A DNA stretch of 64,000 nucleotides. Origin: an uncultured Prevotellaceae bacterium (GTDB taxonomy: Bacteria > Bacteroidota > Bacteroidia > Bacteroidales > Bacteroidaceae). Each line of letters begins with the position of its first letter. Position 1 is the stretch's first letter. The stretch covers positions 797 through 64,796 of the forward strand of contig CAMHHO010000001.1 in NCBI GenBank assembly GCA_946184965.1. Direction: 5' to 3'. Position numbers and translations under genes: made by a program. Positions 38,161-48,868 of this stretch are shown piece after piece. Below the pieces are notes generated by a model. That model was given only the letters and a program-made list of their open reading frames with translations. It had not been told where the DNA came from and did no database searches.

Positions 38161-38235
38161 AGGGGCATAGCCCAGTTGGTTTAGAGCGCTGCAGTCACAT
38201 TGCAGAGGTCCCCGGTTCGAGCCCGGGTGTCCCTA
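38161..38235 (+). tRNA. tRNA-Val (CAC)
   Basis: Acceptor AGGGGCA/TGTCCCT, anticodon arm CTGCA-GTCACAT-TGCAG, GGTTCGA T-loop; CCA not encoded; TACCTTTG promoter upstream. Confidence 0.92.
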
Positions 38236-38352
38236 CAAAAGGCAAGTTACTTACTCGTGACTTGCTTTTTTTCGTTAAATTATGTATGTTTTTCCACCTT
38301 TCCAATTTTTTTTTAGTAATTTTGCGCTGGCGAAAATAACTAAAAACGAAAT

Positions 38353-41046
38353 ATGGATGACGAAATAAAGAATCCGGAAAGCCCGGAAACACCAGATAGC
38401 CAAGGAAGCTCCGAGGCCCACTCAGACTATAAGCCCGTGAACCGGTTCGACGCCGCCGCAGTACACCACCTGAGCGGCATGTACCAGAACTGGTTCCTCG
38501 ACTATGCCAGCTACGTGATACTGGAGCGAGCCGTGCCCAACATCGAGGACGGCTTCAAGCCCGTGCAGCGCCGCATCATGCACTCCATGAAGCGCATGGA
38601 TGACGGCAGATACAATAAGGTGGCCAACATCGTGGGCCACACCATGCAGTTTCACCCCCACGGCGACGCCTCCATTGGCGATGCTCTGGTGCAGTTGGGA
38701 CAGAAGGAGCTGCTCATCGACACACAGGGCAACTGGGGCAACATACTGACCGGCGACCGCGCCGCCGCCCCCCGATACATCGAGGCACGCCTGTCGAAGT
38801 TTGCCTTGGACACCGTCTTCAACCCGAAGACCACGGAGTGGCAGCTGTCGTACGACGGCCGCAACAAGGAGCCTATCACGCTGCCCGTGAAGTTCCCACT
38901 ACTCATCGCTCAGGGTGCTGAGGGCATTGCCGTGGGCCTCTCTTCAAAGATTCTTCCCCACAACTTCTGCGAAATCTGCGACGCTGCCATCAGCTATCTG
39001 CATGGGCAGGAGTTCCAGCTATACCCCGATTTCCAGACCGGCGGTTCGATAGACGTCAGCAAATACAATGACGGCCAACGCGGCGGCGTACTGAAGGTGC
39101 GTGCCAAGATTGAGAAACTCGACCAGAAGACGCTGGTAATCCGCGACCTGCCTTACTCTAAGACGGTGGAGAGCCTCATCGAGAGCATCAAGAAGGCCAT
39201 TGAGAAAGGCAAGATCAAGGCCCGCCGCGTCGATGACCTTACATCAGCCCAAGTGGAGATTCTCGTACATCTGGCTCCAGGTGTATCGTCGGACAAGACG
39301 ATTGACGCCCTTTATGCCTTCACCGACTGCGAGATCAACATTTCGCCCAATTGCTGCGTTATCAGCGATCAGAAGCCACAGTTCCTAACCATCTCTGACG
39401 TGTTGCGCCACAACGTGGAGCGCACCAAGGACCTGATACGCCAGGAACTGGAAATCCGCAAGGGCGAACTGTTGGAGCAGTACCACTTCTGCTCGTTAGA
39501 GAAGATCTTCATTGAGGAGCGCATCTACAAGGACAAGAAGTTCGAGGAGGCCCCGAACGTCGACAGTGTCTGCGAGCATATCGACGAGCGGCTGACGCCC
39601 TACTACCCCACCCTCGTCCGCGAGGTGACAAAGGACGATATCCTGAAACTCCTGGAAATCAAGATGCAGCGCATCCTGAAGTTCAACAAGGAAAAGGCCG
39701 ACGAGCTGATGGCCCGTATCAAGGCTGAAATCGATGAGATTGACCGCGACCTGGCGAACCTCGTGGAGGTGACCGCCGACTGGTTCCAGTTCCTGAAGGA
39801 CAAGTACGGCAAGGACCATCCGCGACTGACCAAGATTCGCAACTTCGACACCATCGAGGCGACGAAGGTGGCCGAGGCCAACCAGAAACTCTACATCAAC
39901 CGCTCGGACGGTTTCATCGGCACAGGTCTGAAGAAAGACGAGTACGTGTGCAACTGCTCCGACATCGACGACATCATTATCTTCTACCGCGACGGCAAGT
40001 ACAAGGTAGTACGCGTAGCCGACAAGCTGTTCGTAGGCAAGAACGTGCTCTATCTGCAGGTATTTAAGAAGAACGATACGCGCACCATCTATAATGTCGT
40101 CTATCGCGACGGCAAGAAGGGTGCCTGCTACATGAAGCGTTTTAACGTCACGTCAATGACGCGCGACAAGGAGTATGACCTGACGCAGGGCACACCCGGC
40201 TCGAAGGTGATGTACTTCACCGCCAACCCCAACGGCGAGGCCGAGATTATCAAGGTGACACTCGACCCCAACCCGAAGCTGAAGAAAATCTTTATCGACA
40301 AGGATTTCTCGGAGGTGATGATCAAGGGCCGCGCCTCAAAAGGCAACCTGCTGACGCGAAACTCCGTCCACCGCATTGGACTGAAGAGCCACGGACACTC
40401 TACCTTAGGCGGTCGCAAGGTGTGGTACGACCCTGACGTCAACCGTCTGAACTACGACGAGCACGGACGGCTGTTAGGCGAGTTCTTCGATGACGACCAG
40501 ATACTGGTCATCCTCGACAACGGCGACTTCTACCTGTCGAACTTCGACGTCAACAACCATTACGAGGCCAACATCCTGCGCATCGAGAAATTCGAGCCCG
40601 ACAAGGTGTGGAGCGCCGTCCTCTGGGATGCCGACAACCAGGGCTACCCATACGTAAAGCGGTTCGTCATGGAGGCCGCAAAGCGCAAGCAGAACTTCGT
40701 GGGCGACAATCCGCTGTCGAAGCTCATCCTTCTCAGCGACCAGTTCTACCCCCGCATTCAGGTCAACTACGGCGGCACCGACGAGTTCCGCGGATCTGAG
40801 GAAGTCGACGTCGAGCAGTTCATTGCCGTCAAGGGTTTCAAAGCCAAAGGCAAGCGCCTGTCAACCTACCAGATTGAGAGCATCATTGAATTAGAGCCCA
40901 CCCGTTTCCCGGCTGAACCCGTAGAGCCCGCCGAGGAAGAAGATTCCTCCGAAGAAGACCTCGACCCCGATGCCGGCAAGAGCGAGCAACAGGTCATCGA
41001 CGAGATAACCCGACAAACCAGGCTGTTCACGGATGAAGACTTTTAA
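38353..41046 (+). CDS. parC: DNA topoisomerase IV subunit A (Bacteroidetes type)
   Basis: [28 protein letters not shown] catalytic Tyr. Confidence 0.93.
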   Translation: MDDEIKNPESPETPDSQGSSEAHSDYKPVNRFDAAAVHHLSGMYQNWFLDYASYVILERAVPNIEDGFKPVQRRIMHSMKRMDDGRYNKVANIVGHTMQFHPHGDASIGDALVQLGQKELLIDTQGNWGNILTGDRAAAPRYIEARLSKFALDTVFNPKTTEWQLSYDGRNKEPITLPVKFPLLIAQGAEGIAVGLSSKILPHNFCEICDAAISYLHGQEFQLYPDFQTGGSIDVSKYNDGQRGGVLKVRAKIEKLDQKTLVIRDLPYSKTVESLIESIKKAIEKGKIKARRVDDLTSAQVEILVHLAPGVSSDKTIDALYAFTDCEINISPNCCVISDQKPQFLTISDVLRHNVERTKDLIRQELEIRKGELLEQYHFCSLEKIFIEERIYKDKKFEEAPNVDSVCEHIDERLTPYYPTLVREVTKDDILKLLEIKMQRILKFNKEKADELMARIKAEIDEIDRDLANLVEVTADWFQFLKDKYGKDHPRLTKIRNFDTIEATKVAEANQKLYINRSDGFIGTGLKKDEYVCNCSDIDDIIIFYRDGKYKVVRVADKLFVGKNVLYLQVFKKNDTRTIYNVVYRDGKKGACYMKRFNVTSMTRDKEYDLTQGTPGSKVMYFTANPNGEAEIIKVTLDPNPKLKKIFIDKDFSEVMIKGRASKGNLLTRNSVHRIGLKSHGHSTLGGRKVWYDPDVNRLNYDEHGRLLGEFFDDDQILVILDNGDFYLSNFDVNNHYEANILRIEKFEPDKVWSAVLWDADNQGYPYVKRFVMEAAKRKQNFVGDNPLSKLILLSDQFYPRIQVNYGGTDEFRGSEEVDVEQFIAVKGFKAKGKRLSTYQIESIIELEPTRFPAEPVEPAEEEDSSEEDLDPDAGKSEQQVIDEITRQTRLFTDEDF

Positions 41047-41845
41047 CCGAGTATCAAGATGGTGGATAATCTGCCTATCATCCATCATCTTTCATTCAGC
41101 GTTTAGCCCAGCAGGGGCGCAGACCGACTATACTACAACCTATCAGTTTGGATTAGGCGGCACGAACATCCTCGACACCTATTTGTCGCAGGAGAAATTC
41201 CGCGGGCTGGGCATGACATTCTTGACAACCTCTGAGCGCCAGCAGCCTGGAAGCCAATGGTCGACCATGATACAGAACGAACTGAACTTCACGTCGGCCG
41301 AAGACCGCGCCGAGACCGTCAGCGAGTTGCAGGGTGACTACACATTTTTCATTGGCCGCTATTACAGCTGGCAACTGAATCGCTTTCGTCTACAGGCAGG
41401 CGGCATGGCGGCAGCCAATCTCGGTTTCATCTACAACACCAGTAACTCCAACAATCCCGCCCAAGGACGTGCCTCGATTGGTATCATGCCTTCGGGTGTT
41501 GCCACCTACGACTTCCAGCTGTTCAAGCGCCAGTGGTCGGTCCGCTACGAATTGGAGTTGCCCCTCGTCGGTCTGATGTTCAGTCCCAACTATGGGCAGT
41601 CGTACTACGAGATCTTCTCGCGTGGCGACTATGACCACAACCTCGTGCCCACGACCTTTATTTCGTCGCCCAACCTGCGCCAGCAGCTGTCGCTCGACTG
41701 TAGCCTCAGCCGCTCGCTAAGCCTCCGTATCGGTTACTTAGGTGACTACCAGCAGGCGAAAGTCAACAACCTGAAGTCGCACATCTACCACCACCGCGTG
41801 ATGATTGGCGTGGTACGCAACTTCACCATCAGCAACCGCCCATGA
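41033..41845 (+). CDS. DUF3316-like outer membrane beta-barrel protein
   Basis: Signal peptide; [25 protein letters not shown]; paired with S41 peptidase. Confidence 0.75.
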   Translation: MKTFNRVSRWWIICLSSIIFHSAFSPAGAQTDYTTTYQFGLGGTNILDTYLSQEKFRGLGMTFLTTSERQQPGSQWSTMIQNELNFTSAEDRAETVSELQGDYTFFIGRYYSWQLNRFRLQAGGMAAANLGFIYNTSNSNNPAQGRASIGIMPSGVATYDFQLFKRQWSVRYELELPLVGLMFSPNYGQSYYEIFSRGDYDHNLVPTTFISSPNLRQQLSLDCSLSRSLSLRIGYLGDYQQAKVNNLKSHIYHHRVMIGVVRNFTISNRP

Positions 41846-42855
41846 AAAAGCTCGTCCTCCTGTTCTCCTGTCTGCTCACATTCTGCTGTCTCTCCTCCTG
41901 CATCGACGAGGAGGAGTTTCCCGACACGCCGATGGGCAACTTCGAGGCTCTCTGGAAAATTATCGACGAGCACTACTGCTTCCTCGACTTCAAAAAGCAG
42001 GAGTACGGACTCGACTGGCAGCTGGCACACGACAAATACGCCCAGCGCATCAACGACAAGATGTCAAACACCCAGTTGTTCGAGGTGCTCGCCGCCATGC
42101 TCAGCGAACTGCGCGACGGCCACGTCAACCTGACGGCAGCCCACGACATGGCCCGCTACTGGCAGTGGTACGAGAACTACCCGGCAAACTTCAGCGACTC
42201 CCTGGAGCGCATCTATTTAGGCACCGACTACCGCATTGCTGCCGGCATGCGCTACAAGATTCTTGACGACAACATCGGTTATATACGCTACGAGTCGTTC
42301 AACAACCCCATTGGCAGCGGAAACCTGACTGAGGTGCTCAGCTACTTCATCCTCTGCCGGGGCCTTATCATTGATATCCGCGGAAACGGCGGCGGCGACC
42401 TGACCAATGCCGAGAAGATAGCCTCGCGCTTCACCAACGAGCGCGTGCTTGTAGGCTATATACAGCACAAGACTGGTCCCGGACACAGCGATTTCTCTGG
42501 TATGGAGCCGCGCTATCTCGACCCAGCTGCCAGCCTGCGGTGGCAGAAGCCGGTCATCGTGCTCACCAACCACCATGTCTTCTCTGCCGCCAACGAGTTC
42601 ACGATGTATATGAAGGCCCTGCCCATGGCACGGGTCATTGGCGACGTCACCGGCGGTGGCGCCGGCATGCCCTTCAGTTCATCGCTGCCCAACGGCTGGG
42701 TGGTGCGTTTTTCGGCTGTTCCGATGTATGATGCCAAGGGCAAGCCTACCGAGTTCGGCATCGTCCCCGACCTTTATGTACCTTTGCGCGACGAGCACCT
42801 GCAACGCGGCAAAGACACAATAATTGAGGTTGCGCGCAAACTTTTATCAAAATAA
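41842..42855 (+). CDS. S41 family peptidase lipoprotein
   Basis: Lipobox LSSC; [30 protein letters not shown]. Confidence 0.92.
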   Translation: MKKLVLLFSCLLTFCCLSSCIDEEEFPDTPMGNFEALWKIIDEHYCFLDFKKQEYGLDWQLAHDKYAQRINDKMSNTQLFEVLAAMLSELRDGHVNLTAAHDMARYWQWYENYPANFSDSLERIYLGTDYRIAAGMRYKILDDNIGYIRYESFNNPIGSGNLTEVLSYFILCRGLIIDIRGNGGGDLTNAEKIASRFTNERVLVGYIQHKTGPGHSDFSGMEPRYLDPAASLRWQKPVIVLTNHHVFSAANEFTMYMKALPMARVIGDVTGGGAGMPFSSSLPNGWVVRFSAVPMYDAKGKPTEFGIVPDLYVPLRDEHLQRGKDTIIEVARKLLSK

Positions 42856-42933
42856 ATTTGGTAGATCAAAAGAAAAGTATTACCTTTGCACCCGCAAAAC
42901 CAATAACGCGATGGAATTGACGTCGTCGAAGTC

Positions 42934-43015
42934 GCGCCTGTGGCGGAATTGGTAGACGCGCCAGACTTAGGATCTGGTATCTCACGATGTGCAGGTTCGA
43001 GTCCTGTCAGGCGCA
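42934..43015 (+). tRNA. tRNA-Leu (TAG)
   Basis: GCGCCTG/CAGGCGC acceptor, CCAGA-CTTAGGA-TCTGG, long variable arm. Confidence 0.95.
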
Positions 43016-43028
43016 CAAGCAAAGGAAA

Positions 43029-43102
43029 GTCGGCATAGCTCAGCTGGTTAGAGTATCACCTTGACATGGTGGGGGTCCTTGGTTCGAGTCCAAGTGTCGA
43101 CA
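43029..43102 (+). tRNA. tRNA-Val (GAC)
   Basis: GTCGGCA/TGTCGAC acceptor, TCACC-TTGACAT-GGTGG, GGTTCGA. Confidence 0.95.
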
Positions 43103-43103
43103 C

Positions 43104-43144
43104 AAAAAAAAAGAAGCAAGCTTTTCGGGCTTGCTTCTTTTTTG
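43104..43144. terminator. Bidirectional intrinsic terminator
   Basis: aaaaaagaagcaagc ttttcgg gcttgcttctttttt. Confidence 0.85.
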
Positions 43145-43148
43145 TGTA

Positions 43149-43622
43149 TTAGTCTTTTGTCGTCGATGTTGAGTAGCGCACCGAGACGGTGGGCGAGTAC
43201 GTGTTGAGCAGTGTCAGCAGGACGGTGCCCTTCTTGCTCTCAAAGGTGGCCTCCTTGTGCAGGTCGCCGTGCTTGCCCATGTTGGGCCAACCAAACTCCT
43301 TCTCAAACTCGTCGTGCTTGGCCTGCCAGAGGTTCGAGGTCGAGTCGTTATACGTGGCCGAGTACTGTTCCAGAATGTCCGAGATGGTGTCGTTCTGGTG
43401 GTAGACGGTCACGACAAAGTTACGGGCAATGGTATCGGCCAGCACGAAGCTGGTCTCCGTAGAGTGCGCTGTGTCGAGGGCGAGCCCCTGCAACTCCAGC
43501 GAGTCGACCATGCTCTTGGCCGACATGCCCATCGACATGCCGCGATAGTTCAGATACTCACGCTCGCCCGAGCAAGCGCACATTGCAATAACGGCCACTA
43601 CGGCCAACAGGATTTTCTTCAT
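43149..43622 (-). CDS. Hypothetical lipoprotein
   Basis: Lipobox MCAC; host-like codon usage; follows asd. Confidence 0.75.
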   Translation of the reverse strand: MKKILLAVVAVIAMCACSGEREYLNYRGMSMGMSAKSMVDSLELQGLALDTAHSTETSFVLADTIARNFVVTVYHQNDTISDILEQYSATYNDSTSNLWQAKHDEFEKEFGWPNMGKHGDLHKEATFESKKGTVLLTLLNTYSPTVSVRYSTSTTKD

Positions 43623-43635
43623 AAGCTTCTTTTAT

Positions 43636-44649
43636 TTATTTGACGTTTCCAACTTTTATCAGGTATTCGCCTATCTGCACGGCATTCAGGGCGGCACCCT
43701 TGCGAATCTGGTCGCCCGAGAGCCAGAAGGTCAGACCGCAGTCGTCTGTCAGGTCCTTACGTACACGGCCAACGAAGACATCATCCTTGCCGGCGGTGTC
43801 AAGGGGCATCGGGTAGGTCAGCGTCGACGGGTCGTCGACCAGCGTGCAGCCGGGAGCCTGGGCGATGGCCTGCTGGGCCTCCTCGACCGTGAGCGGGCGC
43901 TCGGTCTCAATCCACACGCTCTCCGAGTGCGATCGCAGCGAACTGACGCGGACACACATGGCCGAACACTTCGCGTCGGTATGCATGATCTTACGCGTCT
44001 CGTTATACATCTTCATTTCTTCCTTCGTGTAGCCGTTGGGCTGGAACACGTCAATCTGTGGGATGACGTTGTAGGCCAGCTGGTGGGGGAACTTCTTAAT
44101 GGTCTTCACCTCGCCCGTCTCCACAATCTCCTTATACTGCTGCTGCAGCTCCTGCATGGCGGCGGCACCTGCACCCGAAGCACTCTGGTAGGAGGCCACG
44201 TGGATGCGCTTGATATGGCTCAGCTGCTCTAAGGGCTGCAGCACGACGACCATCATGATGGTTGTGCAGTTGGGGTTGGCGATGATGCCGCGCGGACGGT
44301 TCAGGGCGTCCTCGGCGTTGCACTCGGGCACCACCAGAGGCACATCTTCATCCATGCGGAAAGCCGACGAGTTGTCGATCATCACGCAGCCGTATTTCGT
44401 TATTGTCTCGGCAAACTCCTTCGACGTGCCGGCACCAGCCGACGTGAAGGCGATGTCGATGTCCTTGAAATCGTCGTTCTTCTGGAGCAGCTTCACCGTC
44501 AGTTCCTGACCACGGAAGGTGTACTTCCGGCCGGCGGAGCGTTCGGAGCCGAACAGCACCAGTTCATCCATCGGGAAATTTCTCTCATCAAGCAGGCGCA
44601 GGAACTCCTGGCCCACGGCGCCCGAAGCGCCAACAATTGCTACTTTCAT
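43636..44649 (-). CDS. asd: Aspartate-semialdehyde dehydrogenase
   Basis: [39 protein letters not shown]. Confidence 0.97.
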   Translation of the reverse strand: MKVAIVGASGAVGQEFLRLLDERNFPMDELVLFGSERSAGRKYTFRGQELTVKLLQKNDDFKDIDIAFTSAGAGTSKEFAETITKYGCVMIDNSSAFRMDEDVPLVVPECNAEDALNRPRGIIANPNCTTIMMVVVLQPLEQLSHIKRIHVASYQSASGAGAAAMQELQQQYKEIVETGEVKTIKKFPHQLAYNVIPQIDVFQPNGYTKEEMKMYNETRKIMHTDAKCSAMCVRVSSLRSHSESVWIETERPLTVEEAQQAIAQAPGCTLVDDPSTLTYPMPLDTAGKDDVFVGRVRKDLTDDCGLTFWLSGDQIRKGAALNAVQIGEYLIKVGNVK

Positions 44650-44730
44650 TTTGCTTTTCCTATAAAAATCACTTTTCGGCTGCAAAATTACAAAAAATCC
44701 GTGTAATCCGTGTAATCCGTGCCAAAAAAA

Positions 44731-46938
44731 TTACTTACGCCTTTCCCTCGGGTGGTGCAGCCACCGCAGAACAGTGTCGTAGATAGACTTTTCCTCATGG
44801 TGCTGGGCCTCGGTGAAGCTCATGCTGTCCTCCTTCTGGTCGCCGTACTGGTCGGGGAAGATAATCATCAGGTTCTTGCCCGAGAAGTACTGCTGCAGTT
44901 CGTCGGGCAGGCGGTCGAGAGCGTTCTTGTAAGAAATGGTGCCGCGGCGGGCGGTGACGACGACGAACAGGTGGTCGTCGGCAATATGAGCGGCCAGCTG
45001 CGGCAACTCGTTCCAGTGGCCCATCGGCGTGAACTCGGCCCTCACGGAGGGATGGCTGTCGTTAATATACTTGGCAATCAGCGTCAGCGACTCGTCGCGC
45101 CCGTGGAACTGTATGCGGCAGTCCAGCTGCTCGGCCAACTGGCTCAGACGCTCCAGCCAGCGGTGGAACCCCGGCTCAAACTCAGCCCGGCTGGGCACCG
45201 CCACACGGATGCGGCGCAGCGTGTTCAGCGGCTGAACAAAGCGCGAGAGCATAATCTGACGGTTCAGGCCATTGTAAAGACTCTGGATAAAGTCACCCCA
45301 GAACTTCGCGTTCTGCGAGGTGTGTACGTGCATGCCCATGATAACCTCCGAGCAGCCCGTCTCGCGGAAGGCATGCTTGATGCCGTTGGCAATGTTCGTG
45401 GCCAGTCGCACCTGCGTCTGCAGCTGCACCTCCGAGGCGCTGGCCTGCCGCTGCAGCTGTTCAAACAGCCGCAAGCCCTCCTCACGGTTGGTGGTGGCGT
45501 GCTGGTCGTCATAGACCACGTTCAGGGCGACCAGCCCCTGCGGATGGTGCTGGCTGCGCACGAGCAGGGCGAGGTTGAGCAGCTGCGGCGCTATCTCGGG
45601 ATATTTTACGCAGATGAGGATGTTCTCGTGGTGGGCAGAATGGGCATTGTGGGCAGGATGGGTATTGTGGGACTCAACTGACTGCGAAAGGATAATCTGC
45701 TGCGAGGCGTGCTCAGTCATCAGCGTCGAGATGATGCAGGTGACCAGAATCATCAGCACCACGCCGTTCAGCATGTTGTCGTTCGTCAGGTACTCGCCCG
45801 GCCCCACCTCCAAGCGCATGCCCACCATGACGATGGCGATGGCACCTGCGGCGTGGGCCGACGTCAGGCCGAACATCATGTTTCCGTCGCGCTTCGGCAA
45901 CCGGAACAGCAGGCTCGACAGATAGGCGGCCACCGCCTTACCGAAGGTGCCGAAGAAGGCAATCATCAGCATCACCCACAGCACGTAGGGGCCTTGCAGC
46001 AGCATGCGTACGTTGATGAGCATGCCCACACCGATGAGAAAGTAAGGTATAAACAGGGCGTTGCCCGTAAACTCCAGGCGGTTCATCAGCGGCGACACGT
46101 GGGGAATGTACCTGTTCAGGATGAGTCCCGAGAAGAAGGCGCCGAAGATGCCTTCCAGACCGATGAAGTCAGTCAGCGCAGCATTGAGGAACATAACGGC
46201 CAGGACAAAGATGAACTGCATCACGGCATCACTGTAGCGGCGCAGGAAATAGCGCGTCAGATGCGGGATAAGCCAAAGCATAAGCCCGATATAGGCCCCC
46301 AGCTTCACAACGAACAGCAGCCAGAACAGCCAAGCCCCCATAGCCACGCCCGCTTCTGCGCCACCGCCCGCCGCTGTCGGCTGTGCAGCGGCGGTGCCGC
46401 TGCCATAGCTCCCCGCCAGTCCGGCAATCATCACCAGCGCCAGGAACAGGCTGATCATCGACGACCCCACAGAGAGCGCCACCGAATGGTGCCGCTGCAG
46501 GCCGTAGCGGCTGATGATGGGATAGGCAATGAGCGTGTTCGAGGCCATGATACAGCCCAGCAGGAACGACGCCGCCGGCGTGTAGTGCAGCAGCGTGATG
46601 GCCATCAGGTACGTTAGTCCCAAGGGCACCAGACACGTCAGCAGTCCGAAGACGAGAAACCGCTGCTTGTTCTTCTTCACGCCCTCCATGTCCATCTCCA
46701 GTCCGGCCAGGAACATGATGTAGTAGAGACCGACGCGGCCGAACAGCTCGAACGAGTTGTCGCGCTCCAGGATGTTCAGCCCGTACTGCCCCATGATGAC
46801 GCCCGCCAGCACCATGCCGATGATGTGCGGAATCCTCAGCTTGCCCATGATGATAGGGGCAAACAGGATAACGAGCAGCACCACGAAGAATATCAGCGTG
46901 GGATCGGTTATGGGGAAGTACGAAGTCAGTATCGTCAT
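44731..46938 (-). CDS. Cation:proton antiporter (CPA2/Kef-type) with USP-like C-terminal domains
   Basis: [28 protein letters not shown], many TMs; start MTILTSY after TAACTTTG promoter. Confidence 0.9.
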   Translation of the reverse strand: MTILTSYFPITDPTLIFFVVLLVILFAPIIMGKLRIPHIIGMVLAGVIMGQYGLNILERDNSFELFGRVGLYYIMFLAGLEMDMEGVKKNKQRFLVFGLLTCLVPLGLTYLMAITLLHYTPAASFLLGCIMASNTLIAYPIISRYGLQRHHSVALSVGSSMISLFLALVMIAGLAGSYGSGTAAAQPTAAGGGAEAGVAMGAWLFWLLFVVKLGAYIGLMLWLIPHLTRYFLRRYSDAVMQFIFVLAVMFLNAALTDFIGLEGIFGAFFSGLILNRYIPHVSPLMNRLEFTGNALFIPYFLIGVGMLINVRMLLQGPYVLWVMLMIAFFGTFGKAVAAYLSSLLFRLPKRDGNMMFGLTSAHAAGAIAIVMVGMRLEVGPGEYLTNDNMLNGVVLMILVTCIISTLMTEHASQQIILSQSVESHNTHPAHNAHSAHHENILICVKYPEIAPQLLNLALLVRSQHHPQGLVALNVVYDDQHATTNREEGLRLFEQLQRQASASEVQLQTQVRLATNIANGIKHAFRETGCSEVIMGMHVHTSQNAKFWGDFIQSLYNGLNRQIMLSRFVQPLNTLRRIRVAVPSRAEFEPGFHRWLERLSQLAEQLDCRIQFHGRDESLTLIAKYINDSHPSVRAEFTPMGHWNELPQLAAHIADDHLFVVVTARRGTISYKNALDRLPDELQQYFSGKNLMIIFPDQYGDQKEDSMSFTEAQHHEEKSIYDTVLRWLHHPRERRK
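45631..45675. repeat. 9-bp periodic RTGGGCA repeat, in frame ([14 protein letters not shown])
   Basis: gtgggcaga atgggcatt gtgggcagg atgggtatt gtgggactc. Confidence 0.7.
46380..46404. repeat. CTRT + 8-bp hairpin element, in frame in antiporter (GSGTAAAQ)
   Basis: gctgt GCAGCGGC ggt GCCGCTGC c; identical to 47824-47848. Confidence 0.8.
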
Positions 46939-47024
46939 TTCGGGTGCAAAGTTACGCAAAAAAACTCATTTCCCATTTCTCATTTCCTATTTTTTTATTA
47001 CCTTTGCAGCCAAATTCACAAGCA

Positions 47025-47741
47025 ATGATCACAACCCGCAACATTACCAAGAGCTTTGGCTCGCTCCAGGTGCTCAAGGGTATCGACCTGCACATCGACC
47101 GTGGCGAGATTGTCAGCATCGTCGGACCCTCCGGCGCCGGCAAGACCACCCTGTTGCAGATCATCGGCACCCTCGACCGCCCCGATGCCGGTTCCGTATG
47201 TGTCGATAGTATCGACACCACCACCCTCTCGCAGCAAGCCCTCGCCGACTTCCGCAACCGCCACCTCGGCTTCGTTTTCCAGTTCCACCAGCTGCTGCCC
47301 GAGTTCACGGCCCTGGAGAACATCATGATTCCCGCCTACATCGCCGGCACCTCGCAGAAGCAGGCCCGTGAGCGCGCCATGGAACTGCTGCAGTTCATGC
47401 AGCTCACCGACCGAGCCACCCATAAGCCCAACGAGCTCTCAGGCGGCGAGAAGCAGCGCATCGCCGTGGCCCGCGCCCTCGTCAACAACCCCGCCGTCAT
47501 CCTTGCCGACGAGCCTTCCGGCTCACTCGACACGCATAACAAGCAGGAGCTCCACCAGCTCTTCTTTGACCTCCGCGACCGTTTCGGCCAGACCTTCGTC
47601 ATCGTTACCCACGACGAGCAGCTCGCCACCCTCACCGACCGCACCATCCACCTCCGCGACGGCATCATCGAGCAGCCACTCTCCGAAGCCCCCACCGAAG
47701 AACCTACCGAAGAACCCGCAGAAGCCCCCACCGCCCCATGA
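47025..47741 (+). CDS. lolD: ABC transporter ATP-binding protein, LolD-like
   Basis: [43 protein letters not shown]; C-terminal 12-bp repeats 47683-47730. Confidence 0.8.
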   Translation: MITTRNITKSFGSLQVLKGIDLHIDRGEIVSIVGPSGAGKTTLLQIIGTLDRPDAGSVCVDSIDTTTLSQQALADFRNRHLGFVFQFHQLLPEFTALENIMIPAYIAGTSQKQARERAMELLQFMQLTDRATHKPNELSGGEKQRIAVARALVNNPAVILADEPSGSLDTHNKQELHQLFFDLRDRFGQTFVIVTHDEQLATLTDRTIHLRDGIIEQPLSEAPTEEPTEEPAEAPTAP

Positions 47742-48418
47742 TCACCCTCGGCAAATACAACACCCTCCGCATCGTCAAGCGCGTAGACTTTGGCCTCTAC
47801 CTCGCCCCCATCCCCGAGGGTTTGCTGTGCAGCGGCGGTGCCGCTGCCCCCCAGGAAGAAATCTACGACGAAATCCTCCTCCCCCAGCGCTACGTCACCC
47901 CCGCCATGCACATCGGCGACGACATCGAAGTCTTCCTCTATCTCGACCACGACGAGCGCATCGTTGCCACCACCGAGCGCCCCTTGGCCACCGTCGGCGA
48001 GTTCGCCTACATGGAGTGCGCCTGGACCAACGAGTACGGTGCCTTCCTCCGCTGGGGCCTGCAGAAGGACCTCTTCTGCCCCTTCCGCGAGCAGAAGCAG
48101 CGCATGGAGCGCGGCAACACCTACTACGTCTACGTCATGGAGGACGAAAAGACCCACCGCCTCATGGCCACAGCCAAAGTAGAGCGCTACCAGACGACCA
48201 CCGGCCGCCAGCGCGCCCTCGATTTCGCCGAGGTGCTGCTGCGCCATCTCTACGAGAACGACGGCTTCTGTCCGCTCGGCGACCATTCCCCTGCCGAAGC
48301 CATCTCCGCCCGTTTCGGCGTCTCCAAGAAAGCCTATAAGCAGGCCGTCGGCGACCTCTACCGCCGCCGCCTCATCACCATCGAGCCTGATGGTATCCAT
48401 TTAGCCCAACAAAAATGA
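47738..48418 (+). CDS. CvfB/YitL-like S1 RNA-binding protein, apparently missing one S1 domain
   Basis: [45 protein letters not shown] winged helix. Confidence 0.82.
   Translation: MITLGKYNTLRIVKRVDFGLYLAPIPEGLLCSGGAAAPQEEIYDEILLPQRYVTPAMHIGDDIEVFLYLDHDERIVATTERPLATVGEFAYMECAWTNEYGAFLRWGLQKDLFCPFREQKQRMERGNTYYVYVMEDEKTHRLMATAKVERYQTTTGRQRALDFAEVLLRHLYENDGFCPLGDHSPAEAISARFGVSKKAYKQAVGDLYRRRLITIEPDGIHLAQQK
47824..47848. repeat. CTRT + 8-bp hairpin element, in frame in cvfB-like gene (LCSGGAAA)
   Basis: gctgtgcagcggcggtgccgctgcc. Confidence 0.8.
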
Positions 48419-48867
48419 AAAAGATAGCATATTTCGCATTGCCACTCATGCTGTTTGTGGCAGCAGGACTCGGTTCCTGCAACAAAGAGAGTAAAAAGGC
48501 CGTCTTGGAAAAGGTTGCCGTCACCGAAGACGAGGCCGAAATCAAGTTCGACACCTTGAGTCATGACTTTGGCAACGTTCTCATCGACACGCTTACAAGC
48601 TGTGAATTCGTGTTCCACAACATCGGTGCAACGACGCTCTACTTAGAGTCGGTGGTTCCCGGTTGCGGCTGTACCAGAGTGAAGTGGCCCCAGGGCGGCA
48701 TTGAGCCGGGCGAGCCCGCCGTCATCACGGCCACCTACGACAGCCATGGCCGCAGGCCCGGACACTTCCAGAAGTCCATCCGCGTCTACAGCAACGGCAA
48801 GACGCGCTTCCTGCGTCTTATTATCAGCGGCGACATGGTAGAGAATACTGACGAGAACGAGGAATAA
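48415..48867 (+). CDS. DUF1573 lipoprotein
   Basis: Lipobox LGSC; HDFG, F.N.G, PGCGCT, IEPGE, GHFQKSIRVYSN. Confidence 0.88.
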   Translation: MKKIAYFALPLMLFVAAGLGSCNKESKKAVLEKVAVTEDEAEIKFDTLSHDFGNVLIDTLTSCEFVFHNIGATTLYLESVVPGCGCTRVKWPQGGIEPGEPAVITATYDSHGRRPGHFQKSIRVYSNGKTRFLRLIISGDMVENTDENEE

Positions 48868-48868
48868 G

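Noticed and set aside
38161-43102. tRNA genes as integration sites of an island
   Set aside because: No integrase and no duplicated tRNA 3' end seen; the intervening genes (parC, DUF3316, S41) are ordinary
47683-47730. 12-bp tandem repeat at lolD 3' end
   Set aside because: Simple low-complexity acidic/Pro tail; in frame, so no phase-variation consequence
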